Positions 63,001 to 64,000 of a stretch of DNA of 64,000 nt are shown here, one piece after another. Source of the DNA: Nitrosopumilus sp. (GTDB lineage Archaea; Thermoproteota; Nitrososphaeria; Nitrososphaerales; Nitrosopumilaceae). The DNA lies in NCBI GenBank assembly GCA_965218785.1, contig OZ244650.1, forward strand, positions 928,001 to 992,000. Reading direction: 5' to 3'. The position numbers were made by a program, and so were the translations under genes. A model generated the notes under the pieces. It saw only the letters and a program-made list of their open reading frames with translations. It ran no database searches and was not told where the DNA came from. The stretch's first letter is position 1, and every line of letters begins with the position of its first letter.

Positions 63001-64000
63001 CCCGTCCTGACTGATACCGTATCTGGCATGGGCGCCGTCGGCGAATCCGACTCGCCGGCAATCACCGATTCTGTATCCGCTCAACTCTCCATTGGTGTTT
63101 CTGACTCCCCCGTCCTGACTGATACCGTATCTGGCATGGGCGCCGTCGGCGAATCCGACACTCTGGCAATCACCGATTCCGCACTCTTTGAACTCTCCAT
63201 TGCCCTCTCCGACTCCCCAGTCCTATCTGATACCGTATCTGGCATGGGCGCCGTCGCAGAATCCGACACTCCTGCAATCACCGATTCTGTATCCGCTCAA
63301 CTCTCCATTGCCCTCTCCGACTCTCCGGTCCTATCTGATGCGGTGTCTGGCGTGGGCACTCTAGGCGAATCTGATTCCCCAATAATCACCGATTCTGTAT
63401 CCGCTCAACTCTCCATTGCCCTCTCCGACTCCCCAGTCCTATCTGATACCGTATCTGGCATGGGCGCCGTCGCAGAATCCGACTCGCCGGCAATCACCGA
63501 TTCCGCACTCCTTGAATTCTCCCTCAACCCCACTGACTCCCCCACACTATCTGATACCGTAACTGGCATGGGCGCCGTCGCAGAATCCGACTCGCCGGCA
63601 ATCACCGATTCCGCATCCGTTCAACTCTCCCTCAACCCCACTGACTCCCCAGTCCTATCTGATTCAGTAACTGGCGTGGGCACTCTTGGCGAATCCGACA
63701 CTCCAACAATCGCCGATTCCGCATTCCTGAAATTCTCACTTACCCTCTCTGACTCCCCAGTCCTGACTGATACCGTAACTGGCATGGGCGCCGTCGCAGA
63801 ATCCGACTCTCCTGCAATCGCCGATTCCGCATCCGTTCAACTCTTCCTTGCCACATCTGACTCCCCCGTCCTGGCTGATACCGTAACTGGCATGGGCACC
63901 ATTGCAGGATCCGACACTCCTGCAATCACAGATTCCGCACTCCTTGAATTCTCCCTCGACCACACTGACTCTCCCGTCCTATCTGATACGGTAACTGGCA
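57004..64000 (+). CDS. Giant modular cell-surface protein 4 (3'-truncated by window edge, >2330 aa), paralog of protein 3; absent from the ORF track
   Basis: ATG 57004 gives MILTYKRQFSEIYNTNSGTSRLIIIMGILSTVLFGLGGIESSYSQ, homologous to protein 3. The frame was open wherever I translated it, up to the edge. Contains 12 NHL blades, an Ig-like domain, an extra SwmB-like + DPD/NHL module and SDSP repeats. Confidence 0.9.
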   Translation, partial: MILTYKRQFSEIYNTNSGTSRLIIIMGILSTVLFGLGGIESSYSQTVGDNTAPGILHAETTSASTILLTFSEEITDVSDADFEVSGVTAGNDISGVTLSGDSIQVTLVNSIALEDIISISYLGNSVVDLAGNSLGSFEGIRVVNGIHVVFGNPAHTGNSLNEPSSIAVTSTNIIVVDSRNDRVHVFELNPDPNLKPTFRKTFGGSGSGDGAFLAPRDIAATAANIYVADTGNDRVQVFNLEGTLLNKFGQSGFANGNFNSPSSIAVTSTNIFVVDSGNDRVQVFDLQGNFARTFGESGIGDGHFNSPSGITIDSTRILVADSGNDRVQIFDLDGTFLSKFGGFGSGMGVYSYPQSIAVTSTQILVTDIENHRINTFNLDGSDSNAFGGLGSEGGAFSSPRDIVATSTNFYVADTGNDRIQIFNLSRNFVNEFGESSSADGTLSFPYGITVNSTRILVADAGNDRIQTFDLNGTFLSKFGGSGDEEGTFSDPQGITVNSTNIIVVDSRNHRVQIFDLDGTFLDEFGEFGTGEDDIEEDDLFFPLGIAVNSTNIIVADLGNRRIKVHDLDGTFVSEFGSKGSGNGQFLSPRDIAVNSTHILVADSRNSRIQVFDLDGTFVSTFSGLNDEGNSLLIPSGIAVTSTHILVVDSVNGNIQIFDLNGNLLNEFGEFITPPFESPVGITVNSDNVFVTDGIDNTVRIFDLSTILPAPAVLSVSAPVGEYGWGDTVPITMVFNLPVVVTGVPELELNNSKVAVFDQVLPGGKMIFKYTVARADFTENLNYVDKDSLILQGGTIVSSYDETPANKALPALSTLDTDVLTNGSTFFLRDILTVSDSALSASTFDIADAPVLSDSASSIRILDISDAPVLSDSASSANIFDIADAPVLSDSASSANILDISDAPILSDSASSANILDISDAPVLSEMTKIDARPEFVSAIVSDPETIRITISEPVRGNPLPEEFTVFDNIVSNTVISTVTKVVLSGNIITLTVDTPIASGDPVTVSYPVNSITDSITDVTGNVLRFTNAVANDAVTITAVWNDPDNADEVLSVGDTLTITVSEDTDRPGGTGIQDKLLIDAVFTFENPIGADYTGIWVDVRTFVITITNATDATAIVGEDVSPFTGIRFLRDLGTTDDVSFLRPQGVAANSTGFIYVADTGNDIVRIFDPSGQYVGNLAPGPDGFDNPRGLATNSTDFIFVIDGSPGSNVQIFDPSGQHVGNLENPNAQDGGRPFSNPGDVEVSPDGFIFVTDSSSGSVQKFDPSGNFIKALSLPSDPGFNFPRGIAVNSTGAIYVSGIEINGPTRNNVVRIFDSDGIHHGDLVFRGSERFGALNGIAVNSTDSIFVSDREVIRVFGPDGVYSELFSPLGGVLLQRPAHLSIFGDDQFVIADTDEHLVQIYGRTIIRDDERTRVLFSVSVKTSGDFGIEPPKFNEINSPEITDSATLAVRFAVSDSVDFTDTVTGMGSVADSDSPVIADSVSVRLSVAISDSPVLTDAVTGMGAVAESDTLTITDSASVKLSVAISDSPVLTDTVTGMGTVAESDSPVITDSASLKFSLNPSDSPVLIDTVTGMGTVAESDSPAIADSVSMKFYITSFDTPAVSDQHDIQIMNNNAQEDSPAIADSASVKLSIGLSDSPVLADTVTGMGTVAESDSPVMADSVSVQISVAISDSPVLADTVTGMGTVAESDSPVITDSASLKFFLNPSDSPALADTVTGMGTVGESDSPVITDSALFEFSLVLSDSPTLADTVTGMGTVAESDSPVITDSASVKLSIGVSDSPVLADTVTGMGTVAESDSPVITDSASLKFFITSFDAPAVSDQHDIHITNVVTHEDSPALSDFVFLKRSLNPTDSPVLSDGVSGMGTLSESDTPAITDSVSAQLSIGVSDSPVLTDTVTGMGTVAESDSPALSDSAVLQHSIGLSDSPVLSDTVTGMGAVGESDSPAITDSALFELSIAFSDSPALSDTVSGMGVVGESDSPAITDSVSAQLSIALSDSPVLTDTVSGMGAVGESDSPAITDSVSAQLSIGVSDSPVLTDTVSGMGAVGESDTLAITDSALFELSIALSDSPVLSDTVSGMGAVAESDTPAITDSVSAQLSIALSDSPVLSDAVSGVGTLGESDSPIITDSVSAQLSIALSDSPVLSDTVSGMGAVAESDSPAITDSALLEFSLNPTDSPTLSDTVTGMGAVAESDSPAITDSASVQLSLNPTDSPVLSDSVTGVGTLGESDTPTIADSAFLKFSLTLSDSPVLTDTVTGMGAVAESDSPAIADSASVQLFLATSDSPVLADTVTGMGTIAGSDTPAITDSALLEFSLDHTDSPVLSDTVTG
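61315..64000 (+). repeat. At least ~49 18-aa SDSP stalk repeats of protein 4, running off the window
   Basis: GATACCGTAACTGGCATGGGC.CCGTCGCAGAATCCGACTC recurring every ~108 bp. Confidence 0.9.

Overview
Archaeal chromosome segment from a Nitrosopumilaceae-type thaumarchaeon (aRF1, PurP, archaeal AspRS, TATA/leaderless promoters). A host-associated, sponge-symbiont-like lifestyle is inferred from the serpin, giant surface proteins and pseudogene debris. About 70% of the window is four paralogous giant secreted proteins on the + strand: <2..18187 (>6060 aa, open at the left edge), 22077..36818 (4913 aa), 51255..56114 (1619 aa) and 57004..>64000 (>2330 aa, open at the right edge and absent from the ORF track). 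They are mosaics of a shared kit: Ig-like and SwmB-like domains, several beta-propeller types including NHL arrays in multiples of six blades, Cys-rich 16-mers and 18-aa SDSP stalk repeats. The three complete C-termini share an unrecognised cassette: poly-Gly, a ~150-aa C-x12-C domain, Pro/Glu repeats and an amphipathic helix. A housekeeping block at 37-51 kb holds ilvD, HIT, aRF1, DsbA-like, cbtBA, two wHTH regulators, a phnDCE-like ABC transporter, purP and aspS. The spacers hold a half-serpin fusion, a dead copy of the C-terminal cassette with a clean 222-bp inversion, IS/TA/ATPase remnants, a 32-bp perfect palindrome and short tandem repeats. I saw no rRNA, tRNA or CRISPR array.
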